This document shows, one piece after another, positions 1 to 12,085 of a stretch of DNA of 64,000 nucleotides. The stretch is from an uncultured Candidatus Rokubacteria bacterium. GTDB taxonomy: Bacteria; Methylomirabilota; Methylomirabilia; Rokubacteriales; CSP1-6. The notes below the pieces were generated by a model. The model was not told where the DNA came from, searched no databases, and saw only the letters and a list, made by a program, of their open reading frames with translations. Position 1 is the first letter of the stretch, and each line of letters opens with the position of its first letter. The stretch spans positions 83,467 through 147,466 of the forward strand of contig CAVVEU010000031.1 of assembly GCA_963747235.1 (NCBI GenBank), given 5' to 3'. The position numbers and the translations under genes are program-made.

Positions 1-2
1 GC

Positions 3-959
3 CTGGGCCAGGGCGGCATCTTCGACGAGATCGCCGTCATCCCGACCGGAGCGCTCCAGCTCGACGTCGCGCTGGGCATCGGTGGGATTCCCCGCGGCCG
101 GGTGACCGAGATCTACGGGCCGGAGTCGTCCGGCAAGACCACGCTGGCGCTCCATATCATCGCGGAGGCGCAGCATCTGGGCGGCACCGCCGCCTTCATC
201 GACGCCGAGCACGCGCTCGATCCGAAGTACGCCAAGAACCTCGGGGTCAACACCGACGAGCTGCTCATCTCCCAGCCCGATACCGGTGAGCAGGCGCTCG
301 AGATCGCCGAGGCCCTCGTGCGCTCCAACGCCGTGGACGTCATCGTGATCGACTCGGTGGCCGCGCTCGTGCCCCGCGCGGAGCTGGATGGCGACATGGG
401 CGACTCGCTCCCGGGTCTCCAGGCGCGCCTCATGTCGCAGGCCCTGCGCAAGCTCACCGCCGCCATCTCCCGCTCCGGCGGGGCGGTGATCTTCATCAAC
501 CAAATACGTGAAAAGATTGGCGTCATGTTCGGATCGCCGGAAACGACCACCGGCGGGCGGGCGCTCAAGTTCTACTCCTCTATACGGCTCGACATCCGGC
601 GGCAGGACACCATCAAGAACGGGACGGAGGCCATCGGGGTCCGGACCAAGGTCAAAGTGGTGAAGAACAAGCTTTCTCCGCCCTTCCGGGAGGCCGAATT
701 CGACGTCATCTACGGCGAGGGAATCTCCAAGGAGGGGTCGGTCCTGGACCTGGCCTCCGAGCACAATGTTGTCGAAAAATCCGGCACTTGGTACACCTAT
801 AAGAGTGAGCGGATCGGGCAGGGACGGGAGACCGCCAAGCGGTACCTGAAGGACAATCCCAAGGTCTTGGCCGACCTGGAAGTCAAAGTCCGCGATGCCC
901 TTGGCCTCAAGCCGGTTGGGGGGGTGTCGCAGCCGGCGCCGGAGAAGGTGGCCAAGTAG
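3..959 (+). CDS. recA: Recombinase A (5' end outside window)
   Basis: The frame is open from position 3 ([47 protein letters not shown]). It has a Walker A motif, DSVAAL, and the [29 protein letters not shown] signature. Confidence 0.99.
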   Translation: MGQGGIFDEIAVIPTGALQLDVALGIGGIPRGRVTEIYGPESSGKTTLALHIIAEAQHLGGTAAFIDAEHALDPKYAKNLGVNTDELLISQPDTGEQALEIAEALVRSNAVDVIVIDSVAALVPRAELDGDMGDSLPGLQARLMSQALRKLTAAISRSGGAVIFINQIREKIGVMFGSPETTTGGRALKFYSSIRLDIRRQDTIKNGTEAIGVRTKVKVVKNKLSPPFREAEFDVIYGEGISKEGSVLDLASEHNVVEKSGTWYTYKSERIGQGRETAKRYLKDNPKVLADLEVKVRDALGLKPVGGVSQPAPEKVAK

Positions 960-972
960 GAGCGGGTAAACC

Positions 973-2175
973 ATGGAACTGCAGCAACTGCTGACGGAAA
1001 CCGCGCAGCGCAAGGCTTCGGACCTGCACTTGAAGCCGGCCTCGAAGCCGATCCTCCGGATCCATGGTCACCTCGAGGTGCAGGACGACCTGCCGCTGAT
1101 CACCCGCGAGTTCATCGACGCGATGGCGAAGACCCTCCTCGGCGAGCGTCGTCTCAACATGTTGATGGAAGGCCGGGAGATGGATCTGGGCTACATGCTG
1201 CCCGGGGTCGGCCGGTTCCGCTGCAACCTCTTCCTCGCCATGGGCGAGGTGCGCGGCGTCTTCCGGCACGTGCCGGAGCGCATCCCCGCCTTCCACGAGC
1301 TGCATCTGCCCAAGGTCCTCGAGCGCCTCTCGATGGAGCGCCGCGGGATGATCCTGGTGACCGGCATCACCGGCTCCGGCAAGTCCACCAGCCTTGCGTC
1401 CATGATCGACTTCATGAACCGGAGCCGGAACGACCATATCGTCACGATCGAGGACCCGATCGAGTTCGTGCACCAGGACAAGAAGTGCGTGATGAGCCAG
1501 CGCGAGATCGGTCACGATTCGGTGAACTTCGCCCAGGCCCTGCGCGCCGCCCTCCGCGAAGACCCCGACATCATGCTGGTCGGTGAGCTGCGCGACGTGG
1601 AGACCATGGAAGTGGGCCTGCACGCGGCGGAGACCGGTCACCTCGTGCTCTCCACGCTCCACACCCTGAACGCGGCGGAGACCATCAACCGGATGATCTC
1701 CATGTTCCCGCCGCACCAGGAAGACCAGATCCGGGGTCAGCTCGCCTCGGTCATCCAGGGCATCGTCTCGCAGCGCCTCGTGGTGCGCGCCGACGGCCGC
1801 GGCCGCGTGCCCGCGGTCGAGGTCATGATCGCGACCGGCCTCATCCGCGACTGCATCCGCGAGGCCGACAAGACGCCGCAGATCCCGAGCGTCATCGCGG
1901 CGGGCACGGCCCAGTACGGCATGCAGACCTTCGACCAGTCGCTGCTGCAGCTCTATCGCGAGGAGCTGGTCACGTACGAAACCGCCCGCGACGCGGCGAC
2001 GAACCCGGACGACTTCGATCTCAAGATCAAGGGCATCTTCTCCACCGGAGAGATGACCTGGGAGCATCCGGGCGGCAGCAACACCGCCTCGACCGCGGCG
2101 CCCATGCAGCCGGGCATGGCCGCCCCCACGCCGGTCGCCGCCGCGCGCAGCCCCTTCGGGAAGAAAGCGGGGTAA
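973..2175 (+). CDS. pilT: PilT/PilU family type IV pilus retraction ATPase
   Basis: Motifs ASDLHL, Walker A GITGSGKST, TIEDPIE, ALREDPD, GELRD, AETGHLVLSTLHT and GMQTFDQ; GGAG SD upstream. Confidence 0.93.
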   Translation: MELQQLLTETAQRKASDLHLKPASKPILRIHGHLEVQDDLPLITREFIDAMAKTLLGERRLNMLMEGREMDLGYMLPGVGRFRCNLFLAMGEVRGVFRHVPERIPAFHELHLPKVLERLSMERRGMILVTGITGSGKSTSLASMIDFMNRSRNDHIVTIEDPIEFVHQDKKCVMSQREIGHDSVNFAQALRAALREDPDIMLVGELRDVETMEVGLHAAETGHLVLSTLHTLNAAETINRMISMFPPHQEDQIRGQLASVIQGIVSQRLVVRADGRGRVPAVEVMIATGLIRDCIREADKTPQIPSVIAAGTAQYGMQTFDQSLLQLYREELVTYETARDAATNPDDFDLKIKGIFSTGEMTWEHPGGSNTASTAAPMQPGMAAPTPVAAARSPFGKKAG

Positions 2176-2199
2176 CACTGCCGCCGCCCGCACCGGACG

Positions 2200-2703
2200 C
2201 TGGACGCGAAGGCCGCCAAGCTGGCGGCCTTCGACCTTTTGGCCCGCAAGTCCTGGAGCGGCCGCGAGCTGACCCACCGCCTCCGGCGCCGGGGCGCCCC
2301 CGCCGAGGTCGCGCAGGCGGTGGTCGCCGATCTCATCGACCGCGGCTACGTGGACGACCAGGCCTTCGCCCGCTGGTGGGCCGAGGCGCGTGCCCGCGGG
2401 CGCCGGGTCGGCAGCCACCGCCTGCGACAGGAGCTCTTGGCCAAGGGGATCCCGCGGGCCATGGCCGAAGCCGCGATCACCGCCGCCTTCGAGGAGGTCG
2501 GCGAGTCCGACCGCGCGCTCGAGGCGGGGCGGCGCCGGCTGCCCGCCCTGCTGCGCGGCCAGGCCGGCCGGGCGCCCGCCCGCCTGGCCGACTACCTCCT
2601 GCGCCGCGGCTATCCGGCCGCGACGGTGCGCCACGCGGTGCGGGTGCTGCTGGCCGAGCGGGGGGCCGACCTCTCCGGCATCGAGGAAGACGGCGGCGCA
2701 TAA
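2200..2703 (+). CDS. recX: Regulatory protein RecX (start uncertain; CTG at 2200 proposed)
   Basis: AFDLLARKSWSGREL..L.RRG, GYVDDQAFA, G..RLRQELLAKGI and YLLRRGY match RecX helical repeats; it lies between recA/pilT and alaS. Confidence 0.9.
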   Translation: MDAKAAKLAAFDLLARKSWSGRELTHRLRRRGAPAEVAQAVVADLIDRGYVDDQAFARWWAEARARGRRVGSHRLRQELLAKGIPRAMAEAAITAAFEEVGESDRALEAGRRRLPALLRGQAGRAPARLADYLLRRGYPAATVRHAVRVLLAERGADLSGIEEDGGA

Positions 2704-2730
2704 TTCCGGGCGTGATTCCGGGCGTATAAT
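2703..2730 (+). promoter_or_regulatory. alaS promoter: ATTCCGGGCGT tandem duplicate followed by a TATAAT -10 box
   Basis: Copies at 2703-2713 and 2715-2725; TATAAT at 2725-2730, 9 nt before ATG 2740; no SD. Confidence 0.6.
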
Positions 2731-2739
2731 ACCGGTCTT

Positions 2740-5437
<2,698 letters not shown>

Positions 5438-5454
5438 CCCGAGGTTATCCGCAC

Positions 5455-7473
5455 ATGGCCACCATCCGCACCATGTGCCCGATGAACTGCCATCCCACCC
5501 TCTGCGGGATGCTCGTCACCGTCGAGGACGGGCGGCTCGTCGAGGTCGCGGGAGACCCGGACAATCCCGACAGCCGCGGCTTCCTCTGCGTGCGCGGCCA
5601 CGCCTCGCGCGAGATCATCGGCAACCCGCAGCGCCTGCTGACCCCGCTCGCGCGCGACCGTCGCGACGCGCCGTTCCGCGAGGTGACGTGGGACGCGGCG
5701 CTCGATCGCATCGCTTCGGGCATGCGGTCGGTCGGGCGCGAGGCGGTCGGGCTCTGGTCGGGACACGGGTTCTTCGCCAACAACTACGGCACCCGCGTCA
5801 ACTCGGAGCTGCTCCGGCGCTTCGCCAATCTCTGGGGCTGCCAGTGGTGGGCGCCCACCATGATCTGCTGGGGCCTCGGCGGCTTCGGGATCGGACTCAC
5901 CGGCCCGCTCGAGACCAATACCAAGGAGGACATGGGCGCGCACGCGCAGCTCATCCTGCTCTGGGGCGCCAATCTCGCGAGCCAGCCGAACACCGCCCCG
6001 CACCTGGTCGCGGCGCGGCGCCGGGGGGCCCACGTGGTCACCATCGACGTGCGCCGCACCGAGGCGGCCGCGCAGTCGGACGAGGTGCTGATCATCCGGC
6101 CCGGCACCGACGCCGCGCTGGCCCTCGGCATGATGCACGTGCTGATCGCGGAGGATCTCTGCGATCGCGAGTTCGTCGCGCGGCACACCATCGGGTTCGA
6201 AGCGCTCGCCGCGCACGTGCGGCGACATTCGCCCGCGTGGGCCGCCGCGGTCACCGGCCTCGACGAGGCGGTCATCGTGGGCCTCGCGCGCCGGTACGCG
6301 GCGACGCGGCCGGCCATGATCGTGCTGGGCGGCAGCAGCATGCACAAGGGCGCCAACGGCTGGCAGGGCGCGCGCGCGGTGGCGTGCCTGCCCGCGCTCA
6401 CCGGCAACCTGGGCATCGCGGGCGGCGGCCTGGGCCCGCGCCACGGCAGCAAGGGGCACGGCTTCGGCCTCACCGACATCGCGCTGGCCGAGCGGCGACC
6501 GCCCGGCGACTACGTGCCCAACCAGATGCCGCGCATCACCGAGGCGCTCGAGGCCGGCCGGGTGCGCGCGCTGCTGCTCTTCGGCACCGACATGCTGTCG
6601 TCGTTCGCGGACAGCGCCCGGGTCGAGGCCGCGCTCGCGCGCCAGGAGCTGATCGTCAGCCACGAGCTCTTCTGGAACGACACCGCGCGCCGCTTCGCGG
6701 ATGTCGTGTTGCCCGGCACGTCGTGGCTCGAGGAGCTCGGCTGCAAGGCGACCAACACGCATCTCTACCTGATGGAGCCGGCCCTGCCGCCCGCCGGGCA
6801 GACGCGCACCGGCGCGTGGGTGCTGCAGGAGCTCGCGCGGCGCCTCGGGGTCGCCGATTTCTACCCGTGGGCGGACGCGGCGGGGCCCATCGACGCGATC
6901 CTCGATCACCCCGCGACCGGGCACGCCACCGTGGCGGCCCTGCGCGCGGAGGGCGGCCTGCGCGCGCTCCGCGTCTCGCACGTGGGCCATCCGGATCTGG
7001 TATTTCCGACTCCTTCCGGGAAGGTGGAGCTCTACTCGGCGCGCGCGGAGAGCCTGGGCCTGGCGCCGCTGCCGGTGCACGAGGACCTGCCCGCCTCACG
7101 CTTCCCGCTCGTGCTCCGCCAGGGGCGGACCCTGGCGCACTTCCACGGTTTCTACGATCACGGCCGCGCGCTGCCGTCGCTGGCCGCGCTCGAGCCCGAG
7201 CCGGTGCTCTGGCTGTCGCCCGCCGACGCGGCCGCGCGCGCGGTGGCGGACGGCGCCGCGGTGCGCGTGTTCAACGAGCGCGGCGAGATGCGCGCCCGCG
7301 CCCGGGTGACGGACCGCGTGCCCGCGCGCACCGTGTGGATGCGCGACGGCTGGGAGGGGCTCAACCGGCTCACCTCGGGGGACGCGTGCATCCCGGACGC
7401 CGCGGTGGACGTGTTCGGATTCTCGGCGGGCCAGGCCGCGTTCGACGCGGCGGTGGAGGTCGCGCCTGTCTGA
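5455..7473 (+). CDS. Single-subunit molybdopterin (DMSO reductase superfamily) oxidoreductase
   Basis: Own ATG at 5455 with GAGG upstream; Fe-S motif CPMNCHPTLCG...GFLCVRG; IRPGTDAALALG; ADVVLPG; TPSGKVEL; C-terminal molybdopterin dinucleotide domain; no Tat signal. Confidence 0.9.
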   Translation: MATIRTMCPMNCHPTLCGMLVTVEDGRLVEVAGDPDNPDSRGFLCVRGHASREIIGNPQRLLTPLARDRRDAPFREVTWDAALDRIASGMRSVGREAVGLWSGHGFFANNYGTRVNSELLRRFANLWGCQWWAPTMICWGLGGFGIGLTGPLETNTKEDMGAHAQLILLWGANLASQPNTAPHLVAARRRGAHVVTIDVRRTEAAAQSDEVLIIRPGTDAALALGMMHVLIAEDLCDREFVARHTIGFEALAAHVRRHSPAWAAAVTGLDEAVIVGLARRYAATRPAMIVLGGSSMHKGANGWQGARAVACLPALTGNLGIAGGGLGPRHGSKGHGFGLTDIALAERRPPGDYVPNQMPRITEALEAGRVRALLLFGTDMLSSFADSARVEAALARQELIVSHELFWNDTARRFADVVLPGTSWLEELGCKATNTHLYLMEPALPPAGQTRTGAWVLQELARRLGVADFYPWADAAGPIDAILDHPATGHATVAALRAEGGLRALRVSHVGHPDLVFPTPSGKVELYSARAESLGLAPLPVHEDLPASRFPLVLRQGRTLAHFHGFYDHGRALPSLAALEPEPVLWLSPADAAARAVADGAAVRVFNERGEMRARARVTDRVPARTVWMRDGWEGLNRLTSGDACIPDAAVDVFGFSAGQAAFDAAVEVAPV

Positions 7474-8152
7474 GCGTCCCGCGGCCGCGCTGCTCTTCGA
7501 CTTCGGGGGCACACTCGACGCCGACGGGGTGACGTGGAAGGAGCGATTCTTCGCCCTCTGGCGCGCCGAGGGCGCGGCGGATCGCGCCGAGGCCTTCGAT
7601 CCCGTCTTCTACCGCGCCGACGACGCGCTCGTGGACGCGATCCCGGTCACGCTCTCGTTCGAGGAGACGGTGCGGCGCCTCACCGCGAGCATCGCGGCCG
7701 GCCTCGCGGTGCGCGACGAGCGGGTGATCGCGCGCGTCGGCGACCGCTTCCTCGACGACGCCCACCGCCATCTGCGACGCAACCAGGCGCTCCTCGCGCG
7801 GCTCGGCGCGCGCTACCGGCTCGGGCTCGTGTCCAACTTCTACGGGAACCTCGAAACCGTGTGTCATAATACGGCGATCCTGTCTCTCTTCGGCGTCATC
7901 GTCGACTCCGTGCGGGCCGGATTCTCCAAGCCGGATCCGCGCATCTTCATGCGGGCGCTGGACGGGCTCGGGGTGGCCCCGATCGACGCCACGTTCGTGG
8001 GCGATTCGGCGGCCCGGGACATGGCGGGCGCGCGGGCCCTCGGCATGCGGCACATCTGGCTGATCGCCGACCCGCCGCCGCCCGGCGGGCCGTGCTGCCC
8101 CGGCGACGCGATGATCCATTCACTGACGGACGTGGAGGCCCTGCTGCTCTGA
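7466..8152 (+). CDS. HAD-family hydrolase/phosphatase (CTG start proposed)
   Basis: Motif I LLFDFGGTLD lies upstream of the track start 7529; also VSNFYGN, KPDPRIF, FVGDS..RD. GGAGG sits 6 nt before CTG 7466. Confidence 0.88.
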   Translation: MSERPAAALLFDFGGTLDADGVTWKERFFALWRAEGAADRAEAFDPVFYRADDALVDAIPVTLSFEETVRRLTASIAAGLAVRDERVIARVGDRFLDDAHRHLRRNQALLARLGARYRLGLVSNFYGNLETVCHNTAILSLFGVIVDSVRAGFSKPDPRIFMRALDGLGVAPIDATFVGDSAARDMAGARALGMRHIWLIADPPPPGGPCCPGDAMIHSLTDVEALLL

Positions 8153-8856
8153 TGGCGGATTCGGTGCGAGGCGCGATCATCGCGGCCGGCGAGGGCAGCC
8201 GCCTGCGCGCGGACGGCTACCGGGTGCCGAAGCCCATGGTGGAGGTGGCCGGGGTGCCCCTGATCGGCGCGGTGTTGCGCAATTTCACGACCGCCGGGAT
8301 CACCGCGATCACCATCATCTTGAACGAGCAGGAGCGGGAGTGCGTCGAATGGGTCCGGACGCGGTTCCCCGCGCTCGAGCTCGACTTCATCGTCAAGACC
8401 ACCGCGTCCTCGCTCGAGAGCTTCCGGGAGGTGACCGGCCGCGGGCCCGCCGGGCCGATGCTCGTGTCCACGGTGGACGCGTGGTGCGCGGCGGAGGACT
8501 TCGCGCGCTTCGCGGCGGCGGCGGCTTCCCGGCCGGACGACGCGACGGTGCTCGCGGTCACCCCGTTCGTCTCGGACGAGAAGCCGCTGTGGGTGACGCT
8601 GGGGGCGGGCGGGCGCGTGGAGGGCCTCGGTACGGTGGATAGCGGTCTGGTCACCGCGGGGGTGTATCGTGTCTCAGATCGGGCGCGGCGGCTCGCGCCC
8701 ACGCGGGAGCTCGGGCGGCTGCGCGAGTACCTGGGGTGGCTGCACGAGAGCGGCGAGCCGCTCTACGGGGAGATCATCGAGACGGTGGTGGACGTGGACC
8801 GGGCACTGGATGTGGCCAGCGCGGAGGCGCTGGCGCGAGGAGCGCGACGCACATGA
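8152..8856 (+). CDS. NTP transferase (sugar/polyol-phosphate nucleotidylyltransferase family)
   Basis: AIIAAGEGSRL..PKPMVEVAG signature, C-terminal DVD; TGATG overlap with the HAD gene. Confidence 0.88.
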   Translation: MADSVRGAIIAAGEGSRLRADGYRVPKPMVEVAGVPLIGAVLRNFTTAGITAITIILNEQERECVEWVRTRFPALELDFIVKTTASSLESFREVTGRGPAGPMLVSTVDAWCAAEDFARFAAAAASRPDDATVLAVTPFVSDEKPLWVTLGAGGRVEGLGTVDSGLVTAGVYRVSDRARRLAPTRELGRLREYLGWLHESGEPLYGEIIETVVDVDRALDVASAEALARGARRT

Positions 8857-9729
8857 GCGCGAGGAGGACGGGGGTGGCGGATCTGACATGCTGGGGACTC
8901 TTTCGCGAGCGCGAGCACTCGCCCGGCCGGGAGAGCGACGACGCGGAGATCCTGCGACTGACCGGCAAGCACCTGGAGACGTACGGCGTCCAGGTGGACC
9001 TCCGGGCCCCCGAGGACCTCGTCGCCACCGAGGTGCCGCCCGACGGCGTGTTCTTCATGTGCGAGCGCATGGAAGCGCTCGGCACGCTGCTCGCCTGGCA
9101 GGAGCGGGGCGTGCGCCTCGTCAACTCGCCGCTGGCCGTGCTCAACACCTATCGCGAGCGGATGATCGCGCAGCTCCGCGAGGCCAACGTGGCCTTCGTG
9201 CCGAGCCGGCTCGTGACCACGAGCGACGCGGACGTCGCGACCGCGGCTGCCGGTCTGGGTCAAGCGCGCCGACGTGCACAACACGCAGGACGGTGACGTG
9301 GTCTTCGCGGAGACGGAGGCCGCCGTCGCGGCCGCGCTCGCCGGCCTCGCGGCCCGCGGCATCGAGGGCGCGGTGCTGCAGCCGCACGTGGCCGGCGACC
9401 TCGTCAAGTTCTACGGTGTCGGCCCCGGCGGCGGCGGGCCGGACGGTGGGCCGCCCTGGTTCCGCTGGTTCTACCACAAGGATCAGCACCTGTCCGGCCA
9501 CGCCTTCGACGCGGGCCGGCTCGCGCGCCTGGTGCGCGAGGCCGCCACCGCGCTCGGCCTCGAGATCTACGGGGGCGACGCCATCGCCTCCGCGGACGGT
9601 GGGCTCCAGCTCCTCGATCTCAACGCGTGGCCCAGCTTCGCGCTCTACCGCGACGAGGCCGCGCCGGTGATCGCGTCGTACCTGGCCCTGCGCTTCGGCG
9701 CCCGCCGGGCCGCCGGAGGCGGGCGGTGA
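8853..9729 (+). CDS. ATP-grasp-like protein (apparent +1 frameshift near 9245)
   Basis: N-part MSARRTG..REHSPGRESDDAEIL..RLVNSP; C-part WVKRADVH..LQPHVAGDLVKFYGV..LGLEIYGGD..LDLNAWPSF resembles RimK/ATP-grasp C-terminal motifs. Confidence 0.72.
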
Positions 9730-11055
9730 GCGAGCCGCGCGAGCCCGGGCCCCGGTCGCGGGAGATCGTGGCGCGCGAGGCGCGCCACATCGCGCCCGGC
9801 TACCAGTCCTTCGCGCTCTACTCGGGGCTGGCCATGGCGCGCGGCAGCGGCGCGACGCTCTGGGACGAGGACGGCAACGAGTACATCGACTTCATCGCGG
9901 GCATCGCGGTGGGGAGCATCGGGCACTGCCACCCGCACTACGTCGAGGCCCTGAAGCGCCAGGCCGAGCGGCTGACCTTCGGCAGCTTCACCACCGAGAC
10001 CCGCGCGCGCTTCCTCGAGCTGCTGGCCTCCGTCACCCCCGAGGGCCTCACGCGCATCCAGCTCTTCTCGGGCGGCGCGGAGGCGGTGGAGGCCGGCCTG
10101 CGCCTGGCCAAGGCCGCGACCGGGCGGCAGGAGGTCATCGGGTTCTGGGGCGGCTTCCACGGCAAGACCGGCGGCGTGCTGGGCCTGCTCGGCAGCGACT
10201 TCAAGCATCACCAGGGTCCGTTCCTGCCCGGCCAGCACTCGACGCCCTACGCGGACTGCTACCGCTGCCCGCTCAAGCTCCGCTATCCGGACTGCGGCAT
10301 CGCGTGCGCGGAGTACGTCCGCGACGTCATCCGCTACCAGACCGCGGGCGAGATCGCCGCGATCATCGTGGAGCCGATCCAGGGCACCGCGGGGAACATC
10401 ATCCCGCCCGACGGCTTCCTGCGGGCGATCCAGTCGGTGGCCCGCGATCACGGGGCGCTGCTCTTCGCCGACGAGATGATCACCGGGTTCGGCCGCACCG
10501 GCTCGATGTGGGGCACCGACCACGAGGGCGTCGTGCCCGACATCATGACGGTGGGCAAGGGCGTGGGCGGCGGCTTCCCGCTGGCCGGCGTGGTCTCCAC
10601 CGAGAAGCTGGTCGCGCGCCAAGCCCTGGTCCAATCCGAGCTTCAGCTCGTCGAGCTACGGCGGCAATCCGCTCGCCTCGGCGGCGGGGCTCGCCGCGCT
10701 CGAGATCATCCTGAAGGAAGACCTCGTCGAGCAGTCCAATCGCGTCGGCGCGGTCATGCTCACCGAGCTCCAGCGCCTGAAGGAGAAGTACCGCACGGTG
10801 GGCGAGGTGCGCGGCCGCGGGCTGCTGCTCGGCATCGAGCTGGTCGAGGACCGTCAGAGCCGCAAGCCGCTCGACAAGTCCATCACCCGCGACCTCTACC
10901 TGGAGTGCCTGCGGCGCGGCCTCGTGGCGATGACCTACTCGCCGACCATCCGGCTCAACCCGCCGCTCGTCATCACCGAGGAGACGGCGCGGGCCGGCCT
11001 CGCGATCCTGGACGAAGCGCTCGGAGTGACGCTCAAGCGCCATGGGCGAGACTAG
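9726..11055 (+). CDS. Class III PLP-dependent aminotransferase (apparent +1 frameshift near 10615)
   Basis: WDEDGNEYIDF, SGGAEAVEAG, FHGKT, EPIQGTAG, DEMITGFGRTG, PDIMTVGKG (PLP lysine), VRGRGLLLGIE; GTGA overlap. Confidence 0.92.
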
Positions 11056-12085
11056 GAGACTCCGGGGCGCGGTCATCGGCCTCGGCAACGTGGCGGTGCA
11101 CGGCCACCTGCCGGGCTGGCGGCAGCGGGCCGACGCGGTCATCGTGGCCGCCACCGATCTCCACCCGGCGCGGCAGGCCGAGTGCCGGGCCGCCCTGCCC
11201 GGGGCGCGCTGGCACGACTCGATCGAGTCCCTGCTGGCCGCCGACGATCTCGACTTCGTGGACGTGTGCACGCCTCCGTCGAGCCACGCGGCCCTCATCG
11301 AGGCCGCGCTCGCCCGCGGGCTGCACGTGCTCTGCGAGAAGCCCCTGGTGGCCTCCCTCGCCGAGCTCGAGCGCCTGGCCGGGCTCGCGCGCGCCGCGCG
11401 CGCCGTGCTCCACACCGTGCACAACTGGCACCAGGCGCCCCTCGTGCGCGCCACCGACGCCCTCATCCGCGAGGGCCGCATCGGAGCGGTGCGCGAAGTG
11501 GTCTGGCGGACGCTGCGCACCCAGCCGGCCGCCGCGGCGGGCGGGGATAGCTGGCGGGTGGATCCGGCGATCGCGGGCGGCGGCGTGCTGACCGACCACG
11601 GCTGGCACGTCTCCTACGTCGTCCCGCGCTGGGTGGGCGCCCCGCCGGACGCGGTGAGCGCGCGGCTCGAGACGCGCCGGCACCATCGCTTCGCGGTCGA
11701 GGACACCGCGACGGTGCGCCTGCAGTTCCCCGACGCGGTGGCCGACATCGTGCTGACGTGGGCCGCCGAGACGCGCGAGAACCAGGCGCACGTGATCGGG
11801 ACCGCGGGGCGCATCGACATCGAGGACGACACGGTGGTCCTCCGTACGGACGGGCGCGAGGAGCGCCACCGGCGGCCGCCCGCACTGTCCGACGGGTCCC
11901 AGCATCCGGACTGGTTCGGGCCCGTCACCGACGAGTTCATCGCCCGCGTGCTCGGCCAGGACCCGAGCAGCCGCAATCTGGACGAGGCGGCGGTGTGCAT
12001 CGCGGTGGAGTGCGGCGCTCGCGAGTCGAGCCGCCGCGGCGGCGTGCTGTTCCCCCTGGCCGCGCGAGTCGGGACGGCCGGGTGA
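11042..12085 (+). CDS. Gfo/Idh/MocA family NAD(P)-dependent oxidoreductase
   Basis: GAVIGLGNVA Rossmann motif, HVLCEKP, GGGVLTDHGWH. Confidence 0.92.
   Translation: MGETRRLRGAVIGLGNVAVHGHLPGWRQRADAVIVAATDLHPARQAECRAALPGARWHDSIESLLAADDLDFVDVCTPPSSHAALIEAALARGLHVLCEKPLVASLAELERLAGLARAARAVLHTVHNWHQAPLVRATDALIREGRIGAVREVVWRTLRTQPAAAAGGDSWRVDPAIAGGGVLTDHGWHVSYVVPRWVGAPPDAVSARLETRRHHRFAVEDTATVRLQFPDAVADIVLTWAAETRENQAHVIGTAGRIDIEDDTVVLRTDGREERHRRPPALSDGSQHPDWFGPVTDEFIARVLGQDPSSRNLDEAAVCIAVECGARESSRRGGVLFPLAARVGTAG

Noticed and set aside
2173-2200. Stop-codon read-through fusing pilT-recX (and methyltransferase-rlmI at 16490)
   Set aside because: In-frame adjacency is expected one time in three, no recoding signal was seen, and CTG starts explain both cases.
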